Below, in pieces: positions 38,045 through 51,379 of a stretch of DNA of 64,000 bases (its first letter is position 1; each line of letters starts with the position of its first letter). This stretch comes from Neoconidiobolus thromboides FSU 785. Its lineage: Eukaryota > Fungi > Entomophthoromycota. Position numbers and translations under genes: made by a program. The stretch lies in the NCBI GenBank assembly GCA_025603075.1, contig MU626343.1, positions 23,599-87,598 of the forward strand, read 5' to 3'. The notes beneath the pieces were generated by a model. That model saw only the letters and a program-made list of their open reading frames with translations. It was not told where the DNA came from and did no database searches.

Positions 38045-38391
38045 ATGTTTTTACAAGACTATGTTGATGATAAATTAGTAGGTTCAAGTCGCCTTGTAGG
38101 CGCTACTATTATTAATAGTCAAAATGATGACGTTTTGGGAATTTCTAAAGGTTTATATCTTGAACCAGAAAAAAAATTGATCATTATTAAAGGGCTTGAT
38201 AACCTAAATACTTTTTTCCTGGTGATATTATAATTAATAAAAAGAAGTATATGTATGATAAGACAGATGGTGCTATTATTTATAAAACAAATCAGATTAT
38301 TATTGATATTTATAATGGAAAATCTCAACTTGGTGATGCTGTATCCACTATTTCTTAACTTTTGGATTACTTAATGGAAAATAGATATTAA
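38045..38391 (+). pseudogene. Profilin-like pseudogene 3 (intronless)
   Basis: MFLQDYVDDKLVGSSRLVGATII..KGLYLEPE..IIKGLDN, a frameshift in a T-run near 38215, then DIIINKKKYMY..GAIIYKTNQIIIDIY..QLGDAVSTIS*LLDYLMENRY* (internal TAA at 38356-38358). Confidence 0.8.
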
Positions 38392-38577
38392 CTAATCTTA
38401 TCTTTAGCTATCTTTGGTTATCCCTTTTTTATTTTTAATAATAAAAGTTTGATGCAACTTAATGATCCTCTTGATTGATTGATTTTAACTAACTATAACT
38501 TAGTTAAAATACAAGAAAATTTGCATGCTCTAATAAAGTTGTTCAATAATATCAAATTAACTTATTAAAATTTTAAT

Positions 38578-38684
38578 ATTTGGGGGTATTTTTTTTAGTT
38601 TTATCACTTTCTCTGTCTTTTAAGCACTGTTTGAATAGAAATATTGTTAGTAAAATTCTTAAACACAAAAATACATTCCCATGT
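38578..38684 (-). mobile_element. Family-A MITE
   Basis: ATTT-GGGGGTA..CATTCCC-ATGT. Confidence 0.82.
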
Positions 38685-38945
38685 TTTAAAGCTATAATTG
38701 ATTTTTAAAACAAAATTAATTAAATCAATTTCAAATAACTCAATAATAAAAAAGAATCACTTTGAATATGTAAGTCATAAAGGTATTGAATCTTTTAAGT
38801 CTAGTAATACAGTAATTGGTAAGTTATTAAAAGATAAGTCAAATGCTTAAATAAGGTCAATAGGAAGCTACAAAACCTTCTTAAACAACTTTAAGGGAAA
38901 AGGTGCTATTTGGATTAAATTAAATCAACAAGTAATAAGATAAGA
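38681..38945 (+). pseudogene. Possible fourth profilin-like relic
   Basis: ATG TTT TAA AGC TAT (A)ATT GAT start resembles the other copies; later SIIKKN..YVSHKG and KGKGAIWIKLNQQVI weakly fit profilin. The alignment is poor. Confidence 0.3.
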
Positions 38946-39542
38946 TAAGATAAGATAAATTCAATAAATTTCAATAAAAAGAAATCTAAACAAAGATACA
39001 TAATCATTTATATAGTTTTCATTAATTTAAAATGCATTAATTAATACTGTTTTATATTCATATCTAATATCTATGTCATTAAACTTAGTAATAACTATAA
39101 TATTGATCTTGTTAACATCAGTTTTTAAAATGCATTCAACTTTTATTGAACCTTGAATAATATTAACTTTTTTAAAATTGATTCTAAAATTTGACTGGAT
39201 TTACATAATAAATTAATTAAACTTTTGTAAATTAAAATATAAAACAAAATAGTTGACTTTAACACAATTGTTTTATTGAAGTAATTTAATTACTATAATA
39301 TGATTTATCAATTATGTTTATTATAAATGAGTTATAATATGAATTCATATCCTTATCATCCTATTATATTATTGATTCATATTCTTATCAATTAAAAGTT
39401 AAAAATATTAAAGTAAAAAATAAAGAATAGATTAAAAAACAACATAAAAATCAATTTATCCAAAAAACATTTACTTTCAACGTCAAATTAAATTAAAAGT
39501 CACAAAAATACTTATTATATTAACTCTTATTATATTTTTAAT

Positions 39543-42513
39543 CTATTTTTCATTTTCATTTTCATTAGTGCCTGCTTTTTCTATAATTAGTAAATCTTGT
39601 GCTTCCAATTGTCCATTAATTACTTCATTATTAAATTCCAATTCATTAAACTTTAAATTTTCATTATAATTCAATTCTTCATTTAAAGTGACTTCACTTT
39701 CATTAGGTTCTAAATCTAATTCAAATTGAATAACATCATTTTCAATAGTTCTAAATTCATTCTAAATAATTAATAATTAATAATTATAATTAATAATAAA
39801 GATCTTACCTTCTCTTCTTTACTTATTAATTCTTGGAAGATTTTATCTGATAATAAATTAATGTCATCACTAGCAAAAGAACGCATCAATCCTCCTCCAC
39901 CAATAATTTCATTTTTATATCCATTATGATTATTTAACCAAGCTAAATCATCTTCATCTGATTCACTTTCTCTTTCGTCATAGTATTGTTTCTATTAAAA
40001 TTAATAATAGTAAATATTTGAAATATATTAAATTAAAATAAATTACGATTCAAATTAAATTGAATTAAAATTAAACTTACATTTAAATCTTCATCATCAA
40101 AACTAGATCTATCAATATCAATATATTCTGATGAATAATCTAAATTAGTATGTTGATTGATAATATAATCATCATCATCTTCATCATTTTCATCATCATC
40201 ATCATCATCATTATGATTAATATTATTACTTAAATCTAAAACATTTTCATTTTCATTTTCATTTTCATTTTCATTTTCATTCTCTTCATCATTCTCTTCA
40301 TCATAATCATAATCATAATCATTCATTGTATAATGATAATTATTTTGATTAATTAATTGAATTAATTTATTATTATTAAACATAGAATTATTATTATTAT
40401 TATTATTATTTAATTTAATTTCAATTGGAGATAAGATTGTATTATAATACTTATCCCATCCCTGATTTAAAATTAATTGTTTAATATTTTTAATTTCATC
40501 AAAATTCAATTGTTGATTATTAATTAAAAATTGTTGAATTGTATTACCTAATTGAAGAATATAACCCAAATTACCAACACTAGGAATACTCTTTTCTCTT
40601 CTTATATTATCCTCATGTAAATTAATAATTTTATTAATTAATTGACATTCTTTTAATAAGTATTCAATTAATTTAATGCCTTGAGATAGTTGAGGAGTTA
40701 ATAGATTATCTGGTGTTAATTCTAATAATTCCCAATTAAATATTAAATGAATTAATTCAACAAATATAGAATGATAAAAGTTATTCCATTTATATTCAAA
40801 AAATAAATCAGTTAACCAATCAATTATGTTTTCATTAATAAAATGATTTATAATTATTGTATTAAGTTCATAATGATAAGTTATTAGTTCTAATTGTAAT
40901 GGATTAAATGCCGATAATTTTTGTTGTTGTTGATTGTTAGTTTCATTATTACTATTATTATTATCTATTACTTCTTTATCTTCTTCTTTATTTTCTTCCA
41001 TTGTTTTTTCTTTTGATAATGAATTATTTAAGCTTAAACTTAATTTTTTTTTATGTGTCTTATTATTATTCATATTCGTCATAGATTGATCATCTGAATT
41101 GATAGATAAAGCTTCTAATAAACTATTCAATCCATTATTATCTATATTATTTTCATCAATGTCACTATCCTCTTTATCAAATATGGATTTGTTCTCATCT
41201 AATTCATTTTGATTATTTCCCTTAACTTGTCTATTACTTGGTAATAAAGAACTTGCTAAATTTTGATAATAAAATAAAGCTTTCATTAATTGAAGATAAA
41301 TTTCTCCAATTTGAAGTCTTATTTTTCCTAGGGGTATAAAAGTACCTGTTGTGTTTGTGATTTCTTTTGGCACAAACATCTCATGTTTAGTCAATTCTAT
41401 TAATTCCCTCATATTTGATCCTATTTTTAATACTAAATTTCGATGACATTGCGATAAGTTACCTCCAAAGTTACTTGGATTCCATAATAATAATTCTCTT
41501 AAGATACATAAAGTACAATGAATCGAGGATTTTAATGAAATTCCATCTCTTAATTTAAGATAACTTAATAACTTATCTATATTAATTTCATCTAACATTT
41601 TTAATACTAAGTTAGTAGTAGGATGCATAGGTTGTAATTGAGATGGCATAGAATAAGTAATGATATCTAATAAAAATTGTTGTGTATTATTATGTACCTA
41701 AATTATTATTATTATGAACCTAAATTATTATTATTATTATTATTACCTGTTCATTTCCTTCTGGTTTTAAATTATCTGTTAGAATCTCGGCAAATGCTTC
41801 TGCATCAAAACTTTTATTCCCTTCCTTTTCATCTTCACATGGTGGTTCAATAGAACACCAAATTCTCAAAGCTAACTCTGCCATTGCTGGTTCTTCAAAA
41901 TTATTGCATAATAATGGAAAAATAGTATTCCATTTTAATTGAAAAAAACTTGGTAAAGAAGGATAATTACTAGTAATAAAATGTGTTGTTACTTTACCAA
42001 TCCTTCCGCTTAGAGATGAATCTAATTTTAAATCTTCTACCCTTGTTAATGGTTCAATAAATAATAATTCCATTAATTCAAAGGAACTCAAAATCGATTG
42101 GGAAATCGACCAGGCATCGAGAAGAAGAATCTCATGACATAATTCTGTTGCTAATTCTTGTGTTAATGTAGGGTTTAATTTAGTAAATGTGGTTTTATTG
42201 AGTTCCTCTTCATTAGCTTCGTAAATTATATCTTTTGTTGGTAAGGTATATGAATGATTAATAATTGTTTTTAAATTTTCTTTGTTACATAAACTAGTAA
42301 TAAAAAGAATTAATAAATTTATAATTTATTTATTAATATTAATTCTATGAGATAAAGTAAAGTAAAGTAAACTTACAAAGCCTGTAATTTATTATTAACT
42401 TTAACTTCTTGTAAAAAAGTAGGTTGTAATAATAATAATTCAATACCACAATTAGGTTGATTTAATAACAAATCAATATCCGATGTTAAATATTGATTTT
42501 GTTCCCAAAACAT
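39543..42513 (-). CDS. SIT4/PP6 phosphatase-associated protein (SAPS family), multi-exon
   Basis: Starts MFWEQ..SDIDLLL..LQEVK..NKL; PLGKIRLQIGE, LFFEYKWNNFYH.IF..LI, VGNLGYILQLGN..W..Y; acidic low-complexity C-terminus; stop at 39545-39543. Confidence 0.88.
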
Positions 42514-44041
42514 GTTAGAATCAACTAGATTTTATTGAAAACGAATTAAACTCAAAGTTTTTAACTACTTAATTTTAAGAAAGTGATAACAGTAATGATA
42601 ATTACCTTTATATATATATAAATTAAACTATAATAGTTAATTAACTTTTAAAATATAACAAAAAATTAAAAGATATGCAAAAAAGAATCCACTTTTGTTG
42701 TAGAATTTTTTATCAACAACTTTTCATTCTGATCTTAAAAACGAGAATTTGGCAGGAAATTCACTATATTTAGTAATTTTTAGAATTTTTAGTACTTTTT
42801 AAAAATTTCGAATAAAAATAACTACCAATAAAAAGTATACTAGTTATTGCATTTTATTTGTTATAATAATAAACTTTAATTTTTAAATTAGATTTGATAA
42901 GTAACTTATTAATAGCTTCCTATTATTCATAATTAAGCTCTTTTTTTAAAAATCCTTTCTTTTCTTTTTGAAAAAAATTTATTACTACAAATAGAATGAT
43001 CAATCTTGGCTTTCAACTCATTTAGCTAATTAGAAGGAAAACGTATTAGAGAATGAAAAGAAAGAAATCTTATTTTTAAAAAATTGAAACAGAAGTTAAT
43101 TGGATGCAAGTAATAATGTTCAATTGAAGACTATATTTTTAATAGCCAATTAAATCATATAAAAATTAGTCAAATTCAAAGCTGAGTCCAATTTAAGCAA
43201 CTATTTATATCTAAAAAAAATTATAAAATTAAAATAAAATATTCAAATTAGTAATAAAAATAATATTTTTTTTAAAATCTGTTGATTTCAATTAATTTCA
43301 TAAGTTTATGAAATTTGGTGTTATTTTTAAATTGCCTAATTTATAAAAAATTGTAAATTTTAGTTGAATATTGAAAGAAATATTTTGAAAGAAATATTAG
43401 ATAAACAAGTTATTAAGATAATATTTTATACAAAGTAATGTAATGTGCTCAATAGCCAGTATTACTTTACTACTTTTGTTATTTTTTTCAATATAAGAAA
43501 TGTTTCAACTTCGAGGATAAAGTTCCAATCAAGTTAAATTACTAATTCATCTTTTTAAAAAATTGGTAAGTTTACTAAATAAAATCATCTAGATTTTATT
43601 AGAAATTCCAATTAAACGTAATCAAGTTATTTTGTATATTAATTTTTATTTTAAAAAATAAAAGAACTATAATAAATACTTTAGAACTCAAAATATTATA
43701 ATGAAAGCAAAATAAAATTGTAAATTTTGTTTTTGTTTATCGAATTGAAATTAATAGTCCACTTTTAATTTTTAACTTATTATTTTCCCAATAATTTTTT
43801 AAAAACTGAAACTCAAATGTCTTAGGGAGTTTAATTTTTGATATAAAATAGAAATTTTAGAATAATAATTTCTTCTTTATTATTTATTATTAATAATTTA
43901 TTACTATCTATCAGGGAGATTAACAAAAGGAAATTTAGTTAATTCGTCAACAACTATAAAAAGTGAGTAAAAAGGAAGGGTTGGAAATTTAGTTGTTTAT
44001 AAATTGTGACTTTTAAATATTAATTTATTGACTCATTCAAT

Positions 44042-46176
44042 ATGAAATTACGTAAATCTTGTGAACGTTGTTTTAAAGGAAAAAAGAAATGTGATAACTT
44101 ACAACCTGTTTGCAAACGGTGTATGAAATTAAACGTTGATTGTGTATATCCATTCACCTATAATCAAAGTTTATGGCAATTAAGTTATAAAAAAGAACTA
44201 AAAGAATACGAAGGAAAAGAGTTGATTGGGATTGAAACAAGGCTTAATGAGTTAGAAGAGAAGTTTAAAAAGGTAATTAAAAAGCCAATGAAATTGGAGC
44301 AGATATTGAATGGACTAAAAAAGGATCCAGAAAGTTATTATGAGCATCTACAAAAGCTATTAGATTATCAAGTAAATTTAAAAAGGGATACCAAATTTTT
44401 AGGTAACGTTATCAAATTTTATTTCTAATTAAAAGAATTATTAAAACTAATATTTTATCTAGAACATAATGTCTTCTACCGACATCTAGTAACCCTTTAT
44501 TACAACTTTCAATATGGAATTACCTCCATGATATCTCGTAAATTAATTGAAGAACATTTTGAAAAACAAGCATCCGAATCTATTTTATTAAATGCTATTT
44601 ATGCAACTACATTACCATTAGCTAATTTTATATCTAATCGACCACCCCCTAGATTAGATTTAAATCCATTTTATAAAAGAGTTAAAATCGCCTTACATGA
44701 ATTCGATTTATCTCCTACTTTAGCTAATGTTCATACTCATTTATTAAATTGTATTTTGGAAATGGGAATGGGGAATTTTGAATGGGCTATGATGTCGATT
44801 AGTAAGTAGATTCTTTAAATTGTTTATATAAAAAACTTACTAATTGTACTTTTTTTAATCTTTTAGGTAATGCTATTAGGTAAGTTAAGAATTTATTTAA
44901 ACTATAAATTGTTTTAATTATTATAATGAGATAGAAATTAAGAATTAAACTTTAACTTTAATTTAATCTTTATATTAATAGATTAGCACAAACGTTAACT
45001 TATCATTCCTTAAAAGAAAAGAGAGAATATCGACGAAGTCAAAATCCTATGGAAATTGAAGAACCCTCCGATGGGGAAACAGCATGGAGTTTATGTATTG
45101 TAGTTGATCGATTATTATGTTGTAATATGAGAATGAATCCCAATATTGATTTTAATACTTATTTACCTTGTCCATCTTTAAAAGGCTATAGATTATTAGA
45201 TCCAGATATGTTTTTAAATAATGTAAATTTTTTATTTTTTTATTTTATTCTGAATTAATTAATTGATCAATTTCAGTATTCATCCCATTCAGGTATAACT
45301 CATGGAAAAGTAGAAAGCTATTTAATATTAACAGAGATATTGTATGAGTTAACTCAATTAGAAAAAAATTTAAACCCGAATTTAGAAGCTTCAAAGATAT
45401 TGAAAAATTTAATAGAAGGTCAAACTTTAATTGATAAATTAGAGAAATTTGGACAATCTTATTGGATCATTAAAGACATCTATCGACGTCCTAATTTAAC
45501 AAATATTGACGATTATTTTATTACAAGAATTGATATTACTTTATTATTTCATTGTATAACATTACAAGTATCAAGACATTTGTCAATAATTTATGATCAA
45601 TTAGCTAAAAGTATTAAACTAAATTTATCTATTAAAGAAATTCATTATGATTCTTCACCTATCTTTCAATCTAAAGTAATGAGTTATAGCAATAACAATA
45701 ATAATAGTAATAGCAATAATCAATTACCTAAATTTGATTATGAAGATGTATTAAAATTTGATTTAAATTCCAAGCAATGTTTTAAGGGTTCAATAGCCTC
45801 GGCTGAATGGATCTTACATTTTGTAAAAACAGTAGAACTTACATGTAGTCCAAGTTATAAACCGACTTCCAAACGTAAAGACAAACATCAGTTAAACATT
45901 AATCATAATCTTTATAAAGGCGTTTATTACATATCTCTTTGTTTTGCTATGGGTTTAAATCATGCAAGGACGGTGTTTTTAACTACAAATTCTTCCGAAT
46001 ATAAAGAAAAGATTGAGTATTGTCAATCAAGGTTAACTACCTTAGCTAAAATTTGGCCAATGGTCGAATATTTCATGAAAAATGAAACTCAATGTGTTCA
46101 AGATACCTCGTCTTTTGAAGATTCAATGTCCACTTCCACAAGTTCCAAATCACCTATTTCATCCGATTGTTCTTAG
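44042..46176 (+). CDS. Zn(II)2Cys6 fungal transcription factor, 5 exons including a 13-nt micro-exon
   Basis: CERCFKGKKKCDNLQPVCKRCMKLNVDC; micro-exon 44867-44879 gives SNAIRLAQTL in frame; AWSLCIVVDR motif. Confidence 0.88.
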
Positions 46177-46489
46177 GTTGGATTTTTTGGAAATTAAGTT
46201 TTTATTTATTCAATTGTTTTTTATCTAATACTCAAAGTGCAATAAATGATTTTACTCTAGGTTCAAGTGATAAGATTTTTTTTTGTTAGTTATTCTTGAT
46301 TTTATTGTCTCTAGTTAGAATAAAGTAAAAGCTTGTTTTTTTATTTAAAAAAATGAATTTTAATACTCAATAGAGCTTAAAAACTAGAAAAGTTAAAATT
46401 AAAACATCATAAATTTCAACTTTAGAAAATAACATTTATTTTGCCTAGTTACTCTTTTTAAAAGTTCAATATTAAAGTTAAATTCTAAT

Positions 46490-46595
46490 ATTTGGGGCTG
46501 TTTTTTTTTAGTTTCATTATTTTTCCATTTTTTAAGCGCTATTTGAGTGGAAAGATTGTAGTAAAATTCTTAAACAAAAAAATACATCCCCATTT
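46490..46595 (-). mobile_element. Family-A MITE with TSD ATTT
   Basis: ATTT-GGGGCTG..CATCCCC-ATTT. Confidence 0.88.
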
Positions 46596-46811
46596 GTTCC
46601 TTATTTTAACTAAAAACAAACACAACTACATGAAGATTTCAAAATAACTTATTATTATAAAAGCACAAAAATATAAAAACATTTGAATTTAAAATTTTAG
46701 ATAAAATTTTAATAGTTATTTGTAATAACCCAGAGTTTATAGTGTTTCATAATAAATAAATAAAAGAAATATTATTAAAGTTTACTTTTGATTATAAATT
46801 TAATTAAATAG

Positions 46812-47279
46812 AGTGAAATATCGCTTTGTCAACTCCATAATTGATTTTAGCATAAGAATCACTTAAGCTGCTGAGTTCTTGAGTTCAAAGGCAATCAATC
46901 CCACGCTTTTAGTTTGATTTGCTATGAGAATTTCTAGCTCCATCCCAAAGAACGTTATCTTCTCATTTTGATCTTTATACTTTTCAGAGTATAAAAGAAA
47001 TCTTAGAACATAGTAACTCGAGTTTTTTTAACTGAATTATTCCTTGATATCTCAAACATTTAATAAAGCCATTAAGTTTTCTTAATGGTATTTTACATAT
47101 ATTTTACATTAGTATTGTCTATTCTATTTGTCTTACATAGTCTGTAACATATTACTTGCTATTCTTCATAATCCAACCCTATTATAGTCACTTAAACTAA
47201 GACCTTTCGACTTATGGCTAGTTTAGCTAATCAAACAAGAATTGCTTTTGGCTCCGACCACTAAGTATCAGATTTCACA
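46812..47279 (-). mobile_element. Family-B element, diverged
   Basis: AGTGAAATATCGC..CAGATTTCACA, full length; TSD not recognisable. Confidence 0.8.
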
Positions 47280-47324
47280 TGAGTAATTTTGAAATTCGAG
47301 ATTTCTATTTATAAGTATAATAAA

Positions 47325-47426
47325 CTATGGAGATGTTTTGATTTCATTGCTTTTCTATTTTTTAAGCGCTATTTAAGTGGAGAGATTGTTAGCAAAGTTT
47401 TCAAACAAAGAAATATTTCCTCATAT
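47325..47426 (-). mobile_element. Family-A MITE
   Basis: GGAGATG..ATTTCCTC-ATAT. Confidence 0.75.
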
Positions 47427-47852
47427 ATTACTACTTAATATCTAATGAACTAAAAAAACCTAATATCATTCTAATTAAAATTACAAAATCTATTAAAAAT
47501 AAAAAAATTAACTATAAGCTTACTTTATAAAAATAAGATAAAATTCAAGTTTCGATATTTATTAAGCAAGTAAATAGTTTCTTAAATGATAAAAATCAAT
47601 TATTAAATGTTAGTATTACTTAAATTATTAATATTTAAATTAATAAATAATTAAAAAGCAAGTGATTATAATAATAAATAAAGACTATTATTATATTGCT
47701 TCTATTATATAAATTATATAAAGATGATTAATTCTAGTTTTAAAGCTAACCATCCCTTTTTATGTAATTGTTTATTAATCTAACGATATATTAATAATGT
47801 AATCATAATGCTAAAATTATTTATTTGTTTAATATCAAATTTATAATGTTGA

Positions 47853-47959
47853 ATATGGGGATGTATTTTTTTGCTTAATAATTTTACTAACAATCCTTCC
47901 ACCTAAATAGCGCTCAAAAAATGGAAAAAGTTATGAAATCAAAAAAAACACTCGCATAT
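47853..47959 (+). mobile_element. Family-A MITE
   Basis: ATAT-GGGGATGTA..CACTCGC-ATAT; homologous empty site near 52440. Confidence 0.87.
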
Positions 47960-48967
47960 AAAGCAGTCAATAATAAATATTTTTCAATAAAGCTTTATGA
48001 AAATATATATGTTTACATATTATAACTTTGATTGATGTCAATACATAAGTTACATTAGTAAAGTCCTTGATAATATGACAACTTTATTAAATTTGGAAAA
48101 ACTCCGCTAACTTACAATATAGGATTGTATGAATTAGTTTCATTATTTTATCCAATTTTTGAAAAATTTTGTATTTTAAAAACTTCGCTTAAAATTCTAT
48201 AAAATCACATCTTTTATTAAAACAAAAGTACCCAAACACAATTCTAAATCATTCTATTATAGTTTATACTCCAAGTTAGTTGAATTTCTACTAGATCTTA
48301 AATATACATTCTTATAAAGCTTTATTGAGAAATATTTGTTATTGGCCACTTTATAATCAACATTGCAGATTTGTTATCAAATAGATAAACTATTTTGATG
48401 TTATGATTACATTATTAATATATTGCCAAGTTAATAAATAGCTGCATGGGAGGGAGTGGTCAGCCCCAAAACTATAATTAACCATCCCTATATAGTACAA
48501 GTAATATAATAATAGCTTTTACATATTATTACAGTTACTTGTTCTTTGACTATTTATTAACTTAGCTATTAATAACTTAAGTAATCTTAACATTTAACAA
48601 TCTATTTCTATCATTTAACAAACTACTTGCTTAGTAAATATCGAAAATTTTAAATTCTCTGTTATCTTCGTAAGATAAACTGGGATCGATCTTTTAATTT
48701 TTCTGTTTTCTATAGACTCTATAACTTTAATTGGAACTATATTGCTTTTTTTTTGATGTATCAGATATTGGATAACAATGTAGTTTATTGTTATGTTTAA
48801 TAAAGTGTAAATACTTCTTAATGCCCTACATCTCTATTATTCTTTTTGTATTTTTGTTTCTTTTATACTTTTTAAAAATTATATCTGTTTTCCCATTATT
48901 AATAATCGAGTTATTAATTTTATTATGCTCACAAATAAAAGCCTCAAATCTTGAAATTAATTGATCG

Positions 48968-49072
48968 ATATGGGGATGTATTTTTGTGTTTAAGAATTTT
49001 ACTACCACTTTTTCCGCTTAAATAGCGCTTAAAAATGGAAAAAATAATAAAGTCAAAAAAACACCTCCATAT
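48968..49072 (+). mobile_element. Family-A MITE inside the transposase
   Basis: ATAT-GGGGATGTA..CACCTCC-ATAT; empty homologous site GAAG-ATAT-CAATT at 51831-51834. Confidence 0.9.
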
Positions 49073-49176
49073 CTTCTATTTTACCTAACGCTTCAAAACT
49101 ACTTTTCCATTTTGAAAGGTTTCCAAAATGTCCATCAACTATACTTTTTCCATGATGCTCAGCAAAAAAATTAAGA

Positions 49177-49571
49177 NNNNNNNNNNNNNNNNNNNNNNNN
49201 NNNNNNNNNNNNNNNNNNNNNNNNNNNNNNNNNNNNNNNNNNNNNNNNNNNNNNNNNNNNNNNNNNNNNNNNNNNNNNNNNNNNNNNNNNNNNNNNNNNN
49301 NNNNNNNNNNNNNNNNNNNNNNNNNNNNNNNNNNNNNNNNNNNNNNNNNNNNNNNNNNNNNNNNNNNNNNNNNNNNNNNNNNNNNNNNNNNNNNNNNNNN
49401 NNNNNNNNNNNNNNNNNNNNNNNNNNNNNNNNNNNNNNNNNNNNNNNNNNNNNNNNNNNNNNNNNNNNNNNNNNNNNNNNNNNNNNNNNNNNNNNNNNNN
49501 NNNNNNNNNNNNNNNNNNNNNNNNNNNNNNNNNNNNNNNNNNNNNNNNNNNNNNNNNNNNNNNNNNNNNNN
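49177..49571. other. Assembly gap (395 N)
   Basis: Run of N, flanked by transposase sequence on the left and a B element on the right. Confidence 1.
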
Positions 49572-49810
49572 TTATTCCCTGATATCTCGAACATTTAATA
49601 AAGCCACTAAGTTTACTTAATAGTATTTTATATAGATTTTACATTAGTATTGTCTATTCTATTTGTCTTATATAGCTTGTAACCTATTACGTGCTATTCC
49701 TCATAACCCAAGTGTATCTTAGTCATATAAACTAAGACCTTTCGACTTATAGTGTAGTCAACCAAGCAATAGCTGTTCTTGACTCCAAACACTGAGCACC
49801 AGATTTCACA
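49572..49810 (-). mobile_element. Family-B element, cut by the gap
   Basis: Ends CAGATTTCACA-AAGC; inserted right after the SVLG codons of the transposase. Confidence 0.85.
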
Positions 49811-50433
49811 AAGCCTAATACTGATATAGCTTGTTTATTATAATCATCTAAATTTATTGAATCTGGTCTTGTTCCTATTTCCATATTTTGCTTAAAATCT
49901 AGAATCATTATACAACTTCTATTATTTAATTTTTTAATAGTTTCATTAAATGTGTTTTTTGAGTATCAACATAGAATTTATGTAATTTGTATAATTTTTC
50001 TTCTATCTCTGCTTTGTTTTTTATTACTTGCTGTATTTAATTTATTTTCAAGTAACTTTTTTCTGACTGTATACTGGGCACATATATCACATAGATCCGT
50101 TTTTCTTGCTGGATTTTTGAAATTACTTGGTATATATTTAAAAACGTTGACCTAGCTCCTGCTTTATCTTTCAGATCATTCTTCTACTTTTATTTAATAT
50201 ATATATATTATCTAATGAATATTTATTATCATTGTTTTTTTATTAAATCTTGATGAAATAGTTGAATCATTTAGTAAATATTGTATAATAGTTTCAATTT
50301 GGTCATCTTTAATTTTTTTTGTATTTTTAACGATAGGTTATAATGTTGATATTTTATTATTAGTACTTATTTTTGAATAATCATATTGATTTCTATTTAT
50401 ATTAAGCCCAAAACTCTTACATTCATCAAAAGG

Positions 50434-50537
50434 ATACGGGGCTGTTTTTTTAGTTTCATTATTCTTCCACTTTTTAAGCGCTATTTGAGTGGAAAGATTG
50501 TAGTAAAATTCTTAAATACAAAAATACATCCCCATAT
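50434..50537 (-). mobile_element. Family-A MITE inside the transposase
   Basis: ATAC-GGGGCTG..CATCCCC-ATAT; excision restores ALVYPF. Confidence 0.88.
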
Positions 50538-50759
50538 ACTAAAGCTATATTTGATAATAACGCTACTTGTTGATTTTTATTTCCTGTTCCCCTCAAAGCA
50601 CTAATTTTATACATTACTTGATTAAGTTTATTATCATCGATAGTAAACTTTGATAATATATCTTTTCTTTGTTTTGTTTTATTATAAAATTCCATAAACC
50701 TTGGGTTGTTATGAGTAGCTTTTAAAATTGATGTAAAGGAATTACAATGTTTATATTGT

Positions 50760-51239
50760 TGTGAAATCTGGTACTCAGGGTTCGGAGTCAAGAACAGCTA
50801 TTGCTTGGTTGACTACACTATAAGTCGAAAGGTCTTAGTTTATATGACTAAGATACACTTGGGTTATGAGGAATAGCACGTAATAGGTTACAAGCTATAT
50901 AAGACAAATAGAATAGACAATACTAATGTAAAATCTATATAAAATACTATTAAGTAAACTTAGTGGCTTTATTAAATGTTCGAGATATCAGGGAATAATT
51001 CAGTCAAAAAGCCTCGAACTATTATACTCTGTAAACTCTTTTATACTCTGTAAACTCTTTTATACTCTGTAAAGTAGAAATATCAAAATGAGAAAATAAT
51101 ATTCTTTGGGATGGAGCTAGAAATCCTCATAGCAAATCAAACTAAGAACGTGGGATTGATTTTCTCTGGACTCGAGAACACAGCTTAGGCGATTGTTATG
51201 CTATAATTGACCATGGGACTGACAAAGCGATATTCCACA
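50760..51239 (+). mobile_element. Family-B element (probable solo LTR), 480 bp
   Basis: TTGT-TGTGAAATCTGG..GATATTCCACA-TTGT perfect 4-bp TSD; one extra copy of a 19-mer (TATACTCTGTAAACTCTTT, 51023-51060). Confidence 0.9.
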
Positions 51240-51379
51240 TTGTGTACTCCTCCCTGTTGTATTAAAATTTTCAAAAATTACATTTGGAAGTTTAGTTACG
51301 AAAGTTTGCATTTTATTTTTATTTCAACAAAAAATAAAATCAAATAAATGTATTTATATAACTATATAATTATATAATC

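Larger units (their letters stand above)
46370..48010 (+). mobile_element. Old degenerate family-C copy with nested A and B elements
   Basis: 46725-46810 is homologous to the C 5' coding segment; 47520-48010 is homologous to 52130-52500. Boundaries approximate. Confidence 0.5.
48577..51311 (-). pseudogene. Decayed DDD-type transposase (Sola2-like)
   Basis: From ATG 51311 the frame stays open after removing B (plus one TTGT) and A (plus one TSD): MQTFVTK..ALLSNIALVYPFDECKSFGLNI. Later FKNPARKTDLCDIC (~50090), IMILDFKQNM..YNKQAISVLGF (~49890) and LNFFAEHHGKSIVDGHFG (~49150). Stop at 48579-48577. Confidence 0.75.

Noticed and set aside
21232-38391. Stop-codon reassignment as an explanation for in-frame TAA/TAG in the profilin copies
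   Set aside because: Intact genes in the window end in TAA or TAG and have no internal stops, and the relics also contain frameshifts.
40150-40410. (TCA)n, (TTTTCA)n and (TAT)n runs
   Set aside because: Ordinary coding low complexity (poly-D, EN, poly-N) within the SAPS gene.
49128-49598. ORF-track entries of poly-X
   Set aside because: Artefacts of the N gap.
49572-51239. Two close, similar B elements as the LTR pair of a retrotransposon
   Set aside because: They are inverted, not direct. The 50760 copy has its own TSD, and the DNA between them is DNA-transposase sequence, not gag-pol.
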